A DNA stretch of 64,000 nucleotides, taken from positions 4,464,001 through 4,528,000 of the forward strand of contig NC_092680.1 of NCBI RefSeq assembly GCF_964355755.1, given 5' to 3'. This document shows positions 26,069-37,094 of the stretch, in pieces. Below the pieces are notes generated by a model. It searched no databases. It was not told where the DNA came from and saw only the letters and a program-made list of their open reading frames with translations. The translations under genes were made by a program, and so were the position numbers. The stretch comes from Antedon mediterranea. Its lineage: Eukaryota; Animalia; Echinodermata. Within the stretch, counting starts at the first letter, position 1. Every line of letters starts with the position of its first letter.

Positions 26069-28157
26069 GTAGGCTATATTCACGTATGGTACATACAATT
26101 GGAAGGGCATGACATGTACTAGGGAGTTGCTAATTAACCCCCATGGTAGGCCTACATGTTATACCCTTCCAATATCATTAAGCATTTCGCCTGTTAAGAA
26201 TATAACACTGTACAACATATACTGTATTTTGTCTATTTCCTTTTTCATTTTTTTGAAATAATCTAATGTTTGACAATTTAATTTAGTGTTTGGTTAGTTT
26301 CCGTGGCAGATAAAATAAAATGAATGCTGAATTGCATTTGATGATAATAGACCCTCCACTAATTTTATCAGTGGTGGAAATGATACTAATTAATTGGTAT
26401 AATGTTTAATTCGTTCACATAATACAATTATTAACTCAATGGCGCAGACATAACTAATAAGGAAATAGAACCGGAAGGGTGTGCTAGTAGATGTAGTTAC
26501 TGATACAAATAATGTAAGAAAACTGAAAATAAAGGAAGAATGTATTTAGACACTTACCGAAAAAGAGGGAGTGGTCCAAATCCTGAGATAGACATCAACA
26601 ACTTGTAGAAAATAAGTCAATGAATGTTAATATTTTGTTGTATGTTAATACACTGTGCCTCAATGGACCCAATCGTTTGTAGTTTACCGTCACCTTTATT
26701 CATTCAATGTTTCATTACATAATTTTTTTAACATTTTTTACCTTTTTTCATTATTTTCTGTTTTTCCTCATTGATATCATAATTCTAACCTTTAGTATCA
26801 TACATTAATACAAAGTGTTTTTTTTTTTTTTAAATCTTCTATTTACTATAACCAATTGTATATTAATTAGAATTCTTAACTACATACATCAAATGCATCA
26901 TGACGTCATCACCTTTACTATACATATTCCTTGATTTAAAGATTACTCTATTTTGCTTAGTATTATTAAACCACAAACATTTTTCTTCTCCACTAACTAA
27001 TAAAAACACCGGAGAAAAAAACAAGTACAACACCCGTGTCCTCTTTATTTATTTTTAAAACTAACATCTAAACATTAATATAATTATTATTATAGCATCA
27101 TTATAATTTTCTGATGTGTTACATCACATGGATGGACATACTACTCGTTTTTTTCGCTCTACTCTACCTCACTCACTCTCACTCGCTCAATCTTTTCATC
27201 TTAACGTGTCTTCCTCTTCTGTGCTTGACATTAAAACTGCCCTTAAGATGTAACCTATAATTTATTACACTTACATTAATTATTATAATAACTATAACAA
27301 TAATCATAATAACAATAATTACAATAATTGAAATAATAACAACTACAGTAGTAATGACTATAATTGTTATGTGTTTAAATTTTAAATGTAAATATGTATA
27401 CTTATGTTTGTATGATGTAGTATGTTTTAGCGGATATTAGCCCTTGATGGCATTTGCAGAAATAAAGAAACTGAATTGAATTGAATTGTTACGATGAATA
27501 AATAATGAGACTTGTTACAAAATATACAGTCTGTTTGCCTACTTTTTAATATAATAATAATAATAATAATAACGTTGAAGCTCAGCTCGAAAACAAAACA
27601 AAAACAGAACAAAATATAATTTATCCGTGGGAAATCAAACCAATCTCAACGCCTATTTACTATAGTTTACAGTATACACACGACGAAGAACAGACTAGGT
27701 GTATGTTGGCTGGCTATTGTTGTTACAATTAGGACTGATTTAATTACACTGCTTCCTTGTGAACACAAATTTAAAAAAAAAACGTTTATTAAATTTAATT
27801 TCCATTTACACTTCCTTGTATTTTGCAAAAAGGCTACACTTGACCTTAAAAACCTTAATTAAAGCCTATATATATATTTTTTAAATGACGTGTTAAATTT
27901 AATTTTCCAGAATGTCCTGATTTTTAACCAAAAAATATAAGGTATCTACCTAGTTTAATATTATTCCACGAAGATGGCGTATTTTTCTACGGCAAAATAT
28001 ACTAAATGCAAGACAATTATTAAACTGTTGATGACAGCAAAGACTAAATAACAAACGAAGATCCACCCAGTAATTACCACACTTGAATATCAATATTTAG
28101 ATGATTTTCTTGTATATTATTAAACATAATACTTTTTTCTTTTCTATTGTGTCTCAG

Positions 28158-28868
28158 GTCAATTCAAGAAAATACTTTTGTATGGTGCCCTCTCTTTTAT
28201 TGTGTTTTATATCAAAACTGCATATGGAGCTGCGACAGAGGATTACACCATACTTGTCACAGAAACTATTAACACAACGATAGAAACAACTCAAACGTAT
28301 ACGACACTTCCAGATTCAACGCAAGTATCTACATCATATTATTCTGACACAACACAAGCGTCTACAAATGCTTCTACAGAATCAATGACAAATTCTACCA
28401 TGATGGATAGGTCTACAGCACTAACATCAACGACATCTTCTGCCACAACACAAACGTCTGAAACACCTCTTGACACAACACAAGTATCGACAACGTCTGC
28501 TAGTACAACACAAGTATTGACAACGTCTTCTAACACAACACAAATGGCTGAAACACCTCTAGACACAACACAAGCATCGACAACCTATGCTAGTACAGCA
28601 CAAGCATTGACCACGTCTGCCAACACAACCCAAACGTATACAACACCTTCAACCACAACACAAACTTCTGCAACATCGTCTACAATGACGCAAACATCCA
28701 GAACACCTGCATCTACAACACAGGCATCTACAACATCTAAAACAACACCACCATTTACATCTGCTAAGACAGTACGAATGTCTACATCACTTTCGGGCAC
28801 AACTGAAACATATGCAAGTGCAACAAGTAGTAAAGGGTCAACTGAAGAACAATTGTGGTACAAAAAAG
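28158..28868 (+). CDS. Gene C: signal-peptide-like segment plus Thr/Ser-rich mucin ectodomain exon
   Basis: Acceptor GTCTCAG|. QFKKILLYGALSFIVFYIKTAYG then about 10-aa repeats (TTQxSTTSxx). Donor AAAG|GTGGAT, phase 1. Confidence 0.85.
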
Positions 28869-29065
28869 GTGGATTAGCCTGTCAGATTATTAATTTTATT
28901 TTTTTTAAATTTAATATGCCCGACGTCTGTCGTGAACGACAATGTCAAACAGTCTTACAATATTGGGTGAAACTAAGCCAGGACTGTTTACTATTGGCTG
29001 GTCCTATCAATAACCAATGGCAGTGCTATCTTGGCCAGAGGCGAGGAATAAGCCAATATCTCTAA

Positions 29066-29238
29066 AGGACCTTTCACACCTGTTCCGGCATCGAACGCCA
29101 ATGTTTCGTTTTCACGACGCTCCACGCGGCCAAGCACCAATCGATATGCGCGTAGCCGCGTAAAAACGAAACATTGACGTTCGATTGGATTTGCCGTCGC
29201 CGGACCGGAACCGTGCCGGAGCAGGTGTGAAAGGCCCT
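29066..29238. mobile_element. MITE family D (PIF/Harbinger-like)
   Basis: TAA|AGGACCTTTCACACCTGTTCCGGCA ... TGCCGGAGCAGGTGTGAAAGGCCCT|TAA, plus an internal inverted repeat (TCGAACGCCAATGTTTCGTTTT / AAAACGAAACATTGACGTTCGA). Confidence 0.9.
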
Positions 29239-29315
29239 TAAGGCAGATACTAGATGCAGAGGCTTTCATAAGAGTCAGCAGTGCTGCTTTCAAAATGTTT
29301 AAAGGGTCTCCATAT

Positions 29316-29390
29316 ACATAATAATAATAATATATAATAATATAACAATTTATACAGCGCACATATCCACTAAAAGTGCTCAAGGCGCTA
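29316..29390 (-). mobile_element. Isolated L2-type 3' tail
   Basis: (ATA)n followed by ACAGCGCACATA...GTGCTCAAGGCGC, the same terminal motif as the L2 at 37120-37157. Confidence 0.6.
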
Positions 29391-29506
29391 AATTTGAACA
29401 TACATACATAAATTGTCTCTGTTAAACTTTAAAAAATCAAGGTCTAAATTTCAATACAATCTAATAAGGAAAGTAAGCAAACAAATTTAAAATGTTTTTC
29501 TTCAAG

Positions 29507-29600
29507 ATTGGGTAGTTCCCGTGTTTGCGTGTGTCGGAGCCGTGATCCTGGTCATGTTGCTATGCCTTGTTTACCAATGCGGACGTCAAGGAAATATTGG
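29507..29600 (+). CDS. Gene C: transmembrane exon
   Basis: Acceptor TTCTTCAAG|, donor GG|GTGAGT, phase 1-2. DWVVPVFACVGAVILVMLLCLVYQCGRQ. Confidence 0.88.
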
Positions 29601-29730
29601 GTGAGTTTTTCAAAATGTGTGATGTTTTCTTCTATATATTGCTGTTTAGTGTATACGTTTTGACTTATATTGTAGTTTGTTTATTTTTTCGCCTTTTCTT
29701 TAAAGAATTAAGGTGTTTAATGCCTCTTTT

Positions 29731-30524
29731 TAGTCGCGTGGAAGCGACTCTATAGTTCACTATGTCGGTCGGTCGGTCTGTCTGTCGGTCTGTCTGTCGG
29801 TCTGTCTGTCTGTCGGTCCGGTATCACTATGCGTTTTATCGCTTTCTGACCTTATCTTGATATCAGTTTAATCTAGCTAGGTCAATTTTTCACAGTATAT
29901 TCCTTATGGCCAGGAATCAATGTGGTTATGTTTTCACGGTGCGCAATAAAAAATTACGTGGTCTACGCACGATTTAACGAAATCACGTTTGTAATCATAT
30001 CTTCACAACCATGAATCACAATTAAATAAAATTTGGTACTCATAAATTTCAGGGCATAAATCATCATATGGCAATACAATTACGTGCGTAGCGCATGTAA
30101 CGCATGCGTACGCGCGCTTAACATTTTCAAAATTTATTTTCGATGAAATAAGAGTACATTTCAGGCAATTTTAAGCGTTTACAAAATTGCCATGAGTGCG
30201 CATATTTTTGCGCGCGCACTGCGCGTTAAATGTTATTGCGCACTCTTTTTGCCCGATTTCTGTTTTCTTGACTTACTTTTCAACTCGAAATTACGTTATA
30301 CGAGCACGTCGAAAGTGACAGGCTACGCACGTGTAAATTAAAAAAAAATAAATGTTTTTAAACATTTCAACATTTTTAAACATGTTCAGTAATTTCGGTC
30401 AGTATAGTTCACTATGTCGGTCGGTCGGTCTCTCTGTCTGTCTGTCTGTCGGTCTGTCGGTCTGTCTGTCGGTCCGGTATCACTATGCATTGTAGCACGC
30501 GACTTAATGGCTGTTGGCCTTGTT
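29731..30524 (+). mobile_element. Long Helentron-associated (HINE/DINE-1-like) element, copy 1
   Basis: Starts TAGTCGCGTGGAAGCGACT, has two (GTCT/GTCG)n modules, subterminal inverted CACGCGACT, ends GGCTGTTGGCCTTGTT in a T-rich site. Nearly identical to 39850-40667. Confidence 0.85.
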
Positions 30525-30741
30525 TTTACTCTTTTTACCATTTTTCGGGAAATAAATATAGTGAATTCTCCCCCCCCCCCCCCCCCAAAGGCTTACTATT
30601 TAATTGTGTTATTATTTACCAGAAAAAAGAAGTGTTTTTAAATGTCTGGATGAATTAATCAATTTCACCAATTACAATACTCTATATTTACATACTTATT
30701 AAATTGAAACTAATTGTTATGAATTTGTTCAAATAATGTAG

Positions 30742-31390
30742 AAAGCAATTGACGATGATAGGTTCTGGGGAGAGACTGAGACGCTGGTCTCACCGAGTTA
30801 CTCAAACATTCGACACAAACAACCAAGAAGACAGGGACGTGGAAGATGGTCACAACGTCAACATGTCGTCTTTCACCAAACCACAGATCGATACTGCCAA
30901 GGTGGATAAAGAAAAGCTACCAGAAAAGAATAATGAAACCAAACTAGATAGCACTAATGTCCAAAGTACCAAAACAGCAGAACAAGCAAGCGAAGTAGTT
31001 GATATTGAGCACAAGAAGCTTGATAACACCAATGTGAACAATTTAGAAACAGAAGAAGCAAGTGCAGTGGATGATGGTGGTGAGCAGAAGAAACTTGATA
31101 CTACTGATGTCCAAAATGCCGGAACAGAACAAGCACTCGATACTGGCAACACAAAAAGTGCAGGAGATAAAACTTTGGAGAAGTCACCCGTAGAAAGTAA
31201 AAGCATCAATCAAGAAGAAGAAATAAAGCCATCGACTGCTGCGACTCTAAGTGCAGAGACGGACAAACTAATACAACGTGATGACGATGTAAAGTCTGGA
31301 GAAGTAAACACAAGTGCAGAACTTAGCGATGCCACTGATGCTGATGCAGCAAATACTACACACTCGACAGAACATATTTTAGAACTATAA
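30742..31390 (+). CDS. Gene C: terminal exon, acidic cytoplasmic tail with stop (mucin-like type I membrane protein)
   Basis: Acceptor ATGTAG|, phase 2 fits the TM exon; ORF-track frame 30749..31390. Confidence 0.85.
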
Positions 31391-31544
31391 ACGTGAATGT
31401 ACGCTTCAACAACGAAATGTTAATCTATTGACGGCTTACTCGATCGGCAGAGGATCTTAACATTACAAAATAATAATAATAATGTGCCTATTATTAAACC
31501 TAGTCTACACTACCAATAACTACTTTAGTTTGTCAACTTGATGA

Positions 31545-31622
31545 GCAACTTTTAGAGTTTGGGAAGAATCATTTCCCAACGTTTGCTAGTGATGGATCAG
31601 CTGAACATCTTCAGAAAACTGC
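31545..31622 (-). other. Decayed type I hammerhead-ribozyme-like motif, possibly a Penelope-like element remnant
   Basis: Minus strand: GCAGTTTT-CTGAAGA-(stem II region)-gcAAAC-GTTGGGAA..TTCCCAAAC-TC-TAAAAGTTGC. Stems I and III pair, but the GAAA box lacks its G. Confidence 0.45.
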
Positions 31623-32580
31623 AAGTTAGGTCATATCAACATGCATCTTCTTGACAAAACTAGTCTGCTGAGATTTGTGAATTCAGTCAATCAAATCCAG
31701 TCTTTGTAGTCATGTGATTCTGCAGGTGGACAAAATAAGTAATAGGAACTGTTGTTCTTAATAAACTTGGTGAACAGTATTAAAGTGTAGTAAACACCGA
31801 TTCACCATTGTTTTGAAGTCGGTGCATTATCACACGCGAATTTTTTTCAGAAAAAAAAATTTCAGATTTATAACGATATTTCAAGTTAATGTTGAAGTTA
31901 CGCAATCTTTTTAAGGGTTATACATTTTGTTTCTAACACAGTCAGTTGAGTTAGTATATTACTCATCGTTTAATGGAGACAATATTTTTATTCTATTATA
32001 GAATGCAAGTTTGAATATGTTCCATTCAATTCTTCGCTTAATAGAATGGATCGCGAAACTCGTGAAAATAGTTATCATTCGTTATTTGTATTTTGGACCA
32101 TCATGCATTTTCTAATTCCAAGTCAAATTAGATTGCCATCCTAAATATGTACAAACTTATTTAATGTTTGTATAAATTCAGCGTGTTTGTAGAGAAAGCA
32201 TGATTATATAACATATGCACAGTAGCAAAGGTTGTTTCGGGACGGTTATACCATGGATGTATTATAACTACATGGTTATTCTCTTCACTATCAGTAGTAC
32301 TTTTATCTATTTAATAACGTTTATAATTACTGAAACTACCGCTATAATAGTGAACGCTAATACTAGAAGTGAGATAAGATAAAAAAAATAAAAACGAGAT
32401 AAAAAATAGTATTTTGATTATATAACATCTTACTTCTCACTTCTACATTCTTCCATTCGGTTTAAGATTATTTATGCAATAATAACTGTACTTCAATTGG
32501 TATATAAACATATATTATAAATAGCGCCACTACATATACTTTATTTATGATAATTTGCTATTTATTATAATATTTAATAA

Positions 32581-32894
32581 CGATGATAGAGTGGTGGTTG
32601 CTAGCGCAACCAAAAATGCGTTCAACCTGCCCTGAGTGACTCCAACAAGGTCACCAATGGTTTGGAATAGTCTTATTGAATTAGTCATAATATATATAAT
32701 AATTTTCAATAAAAACGAACTAAAATTTCAAAAGATCACTAAATATTTGTTTTTAATAATTTATTTAGTTAAAGTTAAAAAAAATCAAGCTAAGATACAT
32801 AATTTGATAGAAATACAGATCTTTACAGTTTATCAACATTGTAGCGTTGAACGCATGTTTTGGTTGGCTAGCAACCATGCAGCGCTCTCTATCG
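32581..32894. mobile_element. MITE-like element with imperfect inverted repeats of about 45 bp
   Basis: TGGTTGCTAGCGCAACCAAAAATGCGTTCAAC versus GTTGAACGCATGTTTTGGTTGGCTAGCAACCA. Confidence 0.6.
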
Positions 32895-32897
32895 TTG

Positions 32898-33067
32898 TGA
32901 CGTCACACCGTGATACTCTATATACCTAGGCGACGTGCGCAGTTTATCCAGAACAGCGTGCGCACGCGCTGCCGTCATGGAAACTATACTATCATAATAA
33001 ACATACTTACACATGGTAGGCCTAACTATAACATTTTTGTATAACGCATTCTTAAAGTTAAAGAAAG
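32898..33067 (+). promoter_or_regulatory. Probable promoter and first exon region of the SLC16 gene
   Basis: CRE TGACGTCA at 32898-32905, CpG-rich GCGTGCGCACGCGC (NRF1-like), candidate donors ATG|GTAGGC (33016) and AAAG|GTAAGC (33068), downstream acceptor TTTCAG| at 34903. Confidence 0.45.
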
Positions 33068-33494
33068 GTAAGCTTGGTTTTGTTAAGTATAATTAAATTG
33101 GTGCAACTAAAGCATAATTTAAAAGTTAAACGAACAAATGCAGTTTAAATAAGCTTTTATTCTGCTTCGATTAAAAGTAGTCTCGTAAAAATGCATACAC
33201 GTTTCGTAGATTACGACTAGGACTATGCTTAGGCCTACTTAATTTGTGTCTAGTGTTGCCACTTCCATTATTAAATACTAATATAATGTTACTTTGTACA
33301 GATGTTTTAAATTAATTAATTTAAAAAAAAACAAATATTAAATTTTAAAATATACGTTATAATATATAGCAAGAACATTATCAAGATAGCTGCTAAATTA
33401 AAAGAGGTTTGTGACATTCATTACATTAAAGATTTTGAAATTATATAAATTGTTTATTAATGCTAACATTGTTAAAGCACCACGTTTTTAAAGG

Positions 33495-33602
33495 GGCTTA
33501 GTTCATGACCTCGTTGTGTTCAACACACTTAATTTGACCAATCACAAGCGATTGATTATTCAAACTGTCGCTTGTGATTGGTCAACTCGCTTGAGTGGCG
33601 TC
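33495..33602. mobile_element. Degenerate MITE family B fragment
   Basis: Internal palindrome TTGACCAATCACAAGCGA...TCGCTTGTGATTGGTCAA shared with the copy at 61522. Confidence 0.6.
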
Positions 33603-34089
33603 AATTTCTCCGTTGTCTAAACATAAGTTGGGGTATTAGCAATGCTGTTGCATAGGTTTCTATTTTTGTTTTTATTTGATTTATTTCAATACCAAGTTAA
33701 CATTAATAAATTCTTATAAACACGGGATACGGATATACCGCAGCACTCTAAATTCTCAAAGTGGGATTTACATCCTGATAGGTCAGCATCGTTAACCCTT
33801 TTTTCAAAGATGATTCATTTTGAATGTGCAAATAAAAAACAAGTTAATTGCATCGAATTAGTAAATGCACTTTTTATGTCGGGTTTTTGTTTTTATCACT
33901 GGTATGTCGCTGGTACTGTTTCAATCCATCTCATTTGTTTTTATTGAGCTCAGTTGTATATTGACGTATTTTTTCATACGCATCCAACAGCGAGAAACTC
34001 GCCAATTACAGGGATAGATAAGTTTTTAAAATTTTAAAATAAGTTTCATTTTAGGCCTAGGGGGAGTGGAGATGAAAGAGTTGTGAGTT

Positions 34090-34173
34090 ACAACGCTGTC
34101 ACTAGGTAAGGATTGAACCGTTTACTCTTGGAATTTGAAGGCAAGTACGTTAGCCACCAAGCTATAACTCCAC
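34090..34173 (-). mobile_element. tRNA-derived SINE head (fragment)
   Basis: Minus strand GTGGAGTTATAGCTTGGTGG (A box) ... GGTTCAATCC (B box). Confidence 0.6.
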
Positions 34174-34608
34174 TACTCTTAAGGCCTATTAATATTATTC
34201 TTATCTTTTGTTCAATGCAATCTTTGCTTGTTCATGTTGTTTGTAATACGTCAATCTCTGTTAATCATTTACGAAATACCTGAAACAAATTTAGAGTTAT
34301 GCACATTCATTTCATTAACACTCATAACATTATTGACATTGCTATGGAGTGTTCATTTGACATGTCCCGCACCTGTCCCGTTACCGTTATGTTTCGAAGT
34401 ATAATGATTTGACCTTTGAAATCAACAATGTTGTAAATGCGGCCCTTCCTTTTTAAAACCAAAGTCGATTTTTTTCATATTTTCGGTAAATTGGTGTATT
34501 TTTTATAGTCCCCTTCCTATCTGCATCCTCTTTTGTTTTTGTGAGAGGGATATACAATTTATGAAATTATAATTTGATGAGATCCACCGTCATTCATTCT
34601 CGTCCATT

Positions 34609-34758
34609 CGTGGTTCCCACTAGAACGCAACGTACGGACGTAAGCGCAACGCAATTAATTTGACAATTTTTACAAGCGGTGGACTATTCGAACTGCAGCT
34701 TGACAATTCTCCTGCACGTTTGCACTTGCGCTGTGTACTATATATAGTGTGAACTAAG
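34609..34758. mobile_element. MITE family B, degenerate copy
   Basis: TGGTTCCCACTAGAACGCAACG left TIR as at 61522; degenerate right end TAGTGTGAACTAAG. Confidence 0.65.
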
Positions 34759-35015
34759 AAGCTGTATGATGATTAATAATAATATTATAATAACCCTTTT
34801 CGAAAACATTCTTTTAAAGACAAAAAAAAATAACGGTGGCATAGAGAAATAAACAAATATGCATCGATTGTTTTCATCTGATAGAGCCTTTGTGTTATTT
34901 CAGCCAATCACAGAATTGATAGAAAATGCTGATTGTTACTATAATTGTAATCAAGTGAAATACAGCAGTCTGTTGAGATGCTAATACGGAGCATTCTGTC
35001 GTAGTAGCAGACAGC

Positions 35016-35145
35016 ATGAATTGGGGCGTTCTCATTGTTTTAGCTGGGTTTCTACTTCATTTAAACATAATCGGTTACCTGTATAGCTACAATCTACTAC
35101 ATATTCAATTAAAGGAAAGCTTTAATTCAACAGCTACAGAAGCAG
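35016..35145 (+). CDS. SLC16/monocarboxylate transporter family (MFS), coding exon 1 (TM1)
   Basis: MNWGVLIVLAGFLLHLNIIGYLYSY..L.ESFNSTATEA resembles the SLC16 TM1 region. Donor GCAG|GTAGGC, phase 1. Confidence 0.85.
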
Positions 35146-36414
35146 GTAGGCTTAACATTATGTACTTGTTTTGGCGATATGCGTGTGTTATTATATTGAT
35201 ATTATAATCTACGGATACAAACCCCATCTAAGTTGATTATCATATCATTATACGGACTGGTTAAGCTTAACAGTGATGAAGAAAGTTTGGGGAGGGGAGA
35301 GTGAGCATCAGTTTGTGGCGCCAGCGGGAAACGGTGAGTGGATGGTGTATAGTAAAGGTATTCTGTAGAAAACCGTATGCTAATTTTGTCGTTTATATTC
35401 GTGTGTTGGTCGAGCACGTACAGTACTGCATAGTAGGCCTACGACTGAAACATTTATCGTATTAAGATTCCAAGCATTAGTGTGGAACTTGGTATATCAT
35501 ATTTATTGTAAAAGGAGTGTATATGCCAGGTTTTTTTTTTCTTTGCAATTTCTAATTCAAATCCAACATAATGCCACTGCTATTGTGTCTTTACTTAACC
35601 TCTTAAATCTCAGTATTGTATTGCTATGTCGGGTAGCTTGATTCCCAAGGCCGCAGATGACAACAGACATACGATCTGTGCTGGAGAATTAGGGTTGGGG
35701 GTTAAAATTGAAAATTTCAGACGAGCGAGCACCTGTTGTTGGCTATGGCCCTGATTCCCTACATACTTAGGCCTATACACAATTTTTTTTTTACACTAAA
35801 CGTTAATTTGATGTCCTTTCAAAATCAGTTTGTCCAAAACAATGACCTCACTACATCATGTGCATCACTACCCAATTTTACCCTTCTGAAGATCCTGATT
35901 AGGCATATAACCAGTTTTTCGAAAGTGTGCTTATTTCAAAACACAACTTAAGAAAGGATTAGTTCTTTTTCCAATACATTTTATTTTAAGTTCCATTCCA
36001 TCAGGATAAAAACGCAACTTACTAGTTAATCGCACGTAATTACGTAGGCGCAACGTAAGTTAGTTGACCAATCACAAACCAGTTGAGTGATTGCGTTGCC
36101 CCCTGAGAACCATGCCCAATTACTGTACTAAATTGATTCTTTTAATGATGGAATTTGTATTGAAATCGTTTCCATAGTAGATAGATAGTAATAGCACAAT
36201 GTTTAACAATATTATATGTAAATCGTGTATTTTCTGTATGTATAATTAAGTATTCATTCAATACAATAATTTAATATTTTTTAATTAAACCTTTGTTAAT
36301 AGCGATAATGAGTCAAAACAGGAAAAGCTGACATAGACAACTTTAAAAATGAGAACAGAAATGGAAAACTAGAAAAATAATAGCAAAAAGGTGGCAAAAC
36401 TACACCAATAAAGA

Positions 36415-36920
36415 TGAATATAAATAAATATAATAATAATAATGCCTTACGACTGTCAAGCTCTACATTACATGAACACATTCGAGAGGATTTGATAATA
36501 ATAATTTCCTTTAAAAAAAAGAGACTTTTATGCACAGGTATAGTCAACACTTCATGCTCACGAACTATGTTCCACAATGCCATATCGCATTTAATACACA
36601 ATAGGTCATTTAAATTCAATCAACACGTGAAAAGGTGAGTTCATGTTGTTTATCCTTTTCAACAGTAAATATACACTGAGATTATACCAATGTGATAAGT
36701 CACGTTCATCCTACATCTACTGATTAGGTATACGCAATTACTATTAATGTTTATTTTGTTATAAAGTCTAGCCAAAACAACCTGTAATATACTCATTACA
36801 TTAACTATTACACATTGATTTAGTGGAATGATGTGACAGACCAAACGACTTTGTATAACAAGTTCGACATGACAAAGGGTATCATAACAAACAATATCAC
36901 ACACATTCTGTATCGTGGCC
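36415..36920 (-). mobile_element. Old LINE (CR1/L2-type) 3' fragment
   Basis: Minus-strand traces HIIPL..ILQ..LYNK and IKC..LWN.V, plus a simple (TAT)n tail near 36420-36442. Highly decayed. Confidence 0.4.
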
Positions 36921-37094
36921 TGTAAATTTTTTGTTTGTTTTTAATAAATCAAAATAGTATTATAGCAAAACAAAAACCAAAAAACTGTATGTTGGACAAA
37001 ATGGCCTGGGATTTGCATTTTGGTGTATTTATTTGGAAAAACCGCTTACATGTTTGCTTTTCTTTTTTGTTTATTATTATTGTTTTTATTATAT

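Noticed and set aside
28339-28863. Val-rich minus-strand ORFs (also 30850-31209)
   Set aside because: Antisense shadows of the Thr-rich and acidic exons of gene C.
28869-29065. C-terminal Cys-containing extension of the 295-aa ORF
   Set aside because: Read-through into the intron past the donor at 28869; the ORF stop coincides with a MITE TSD.
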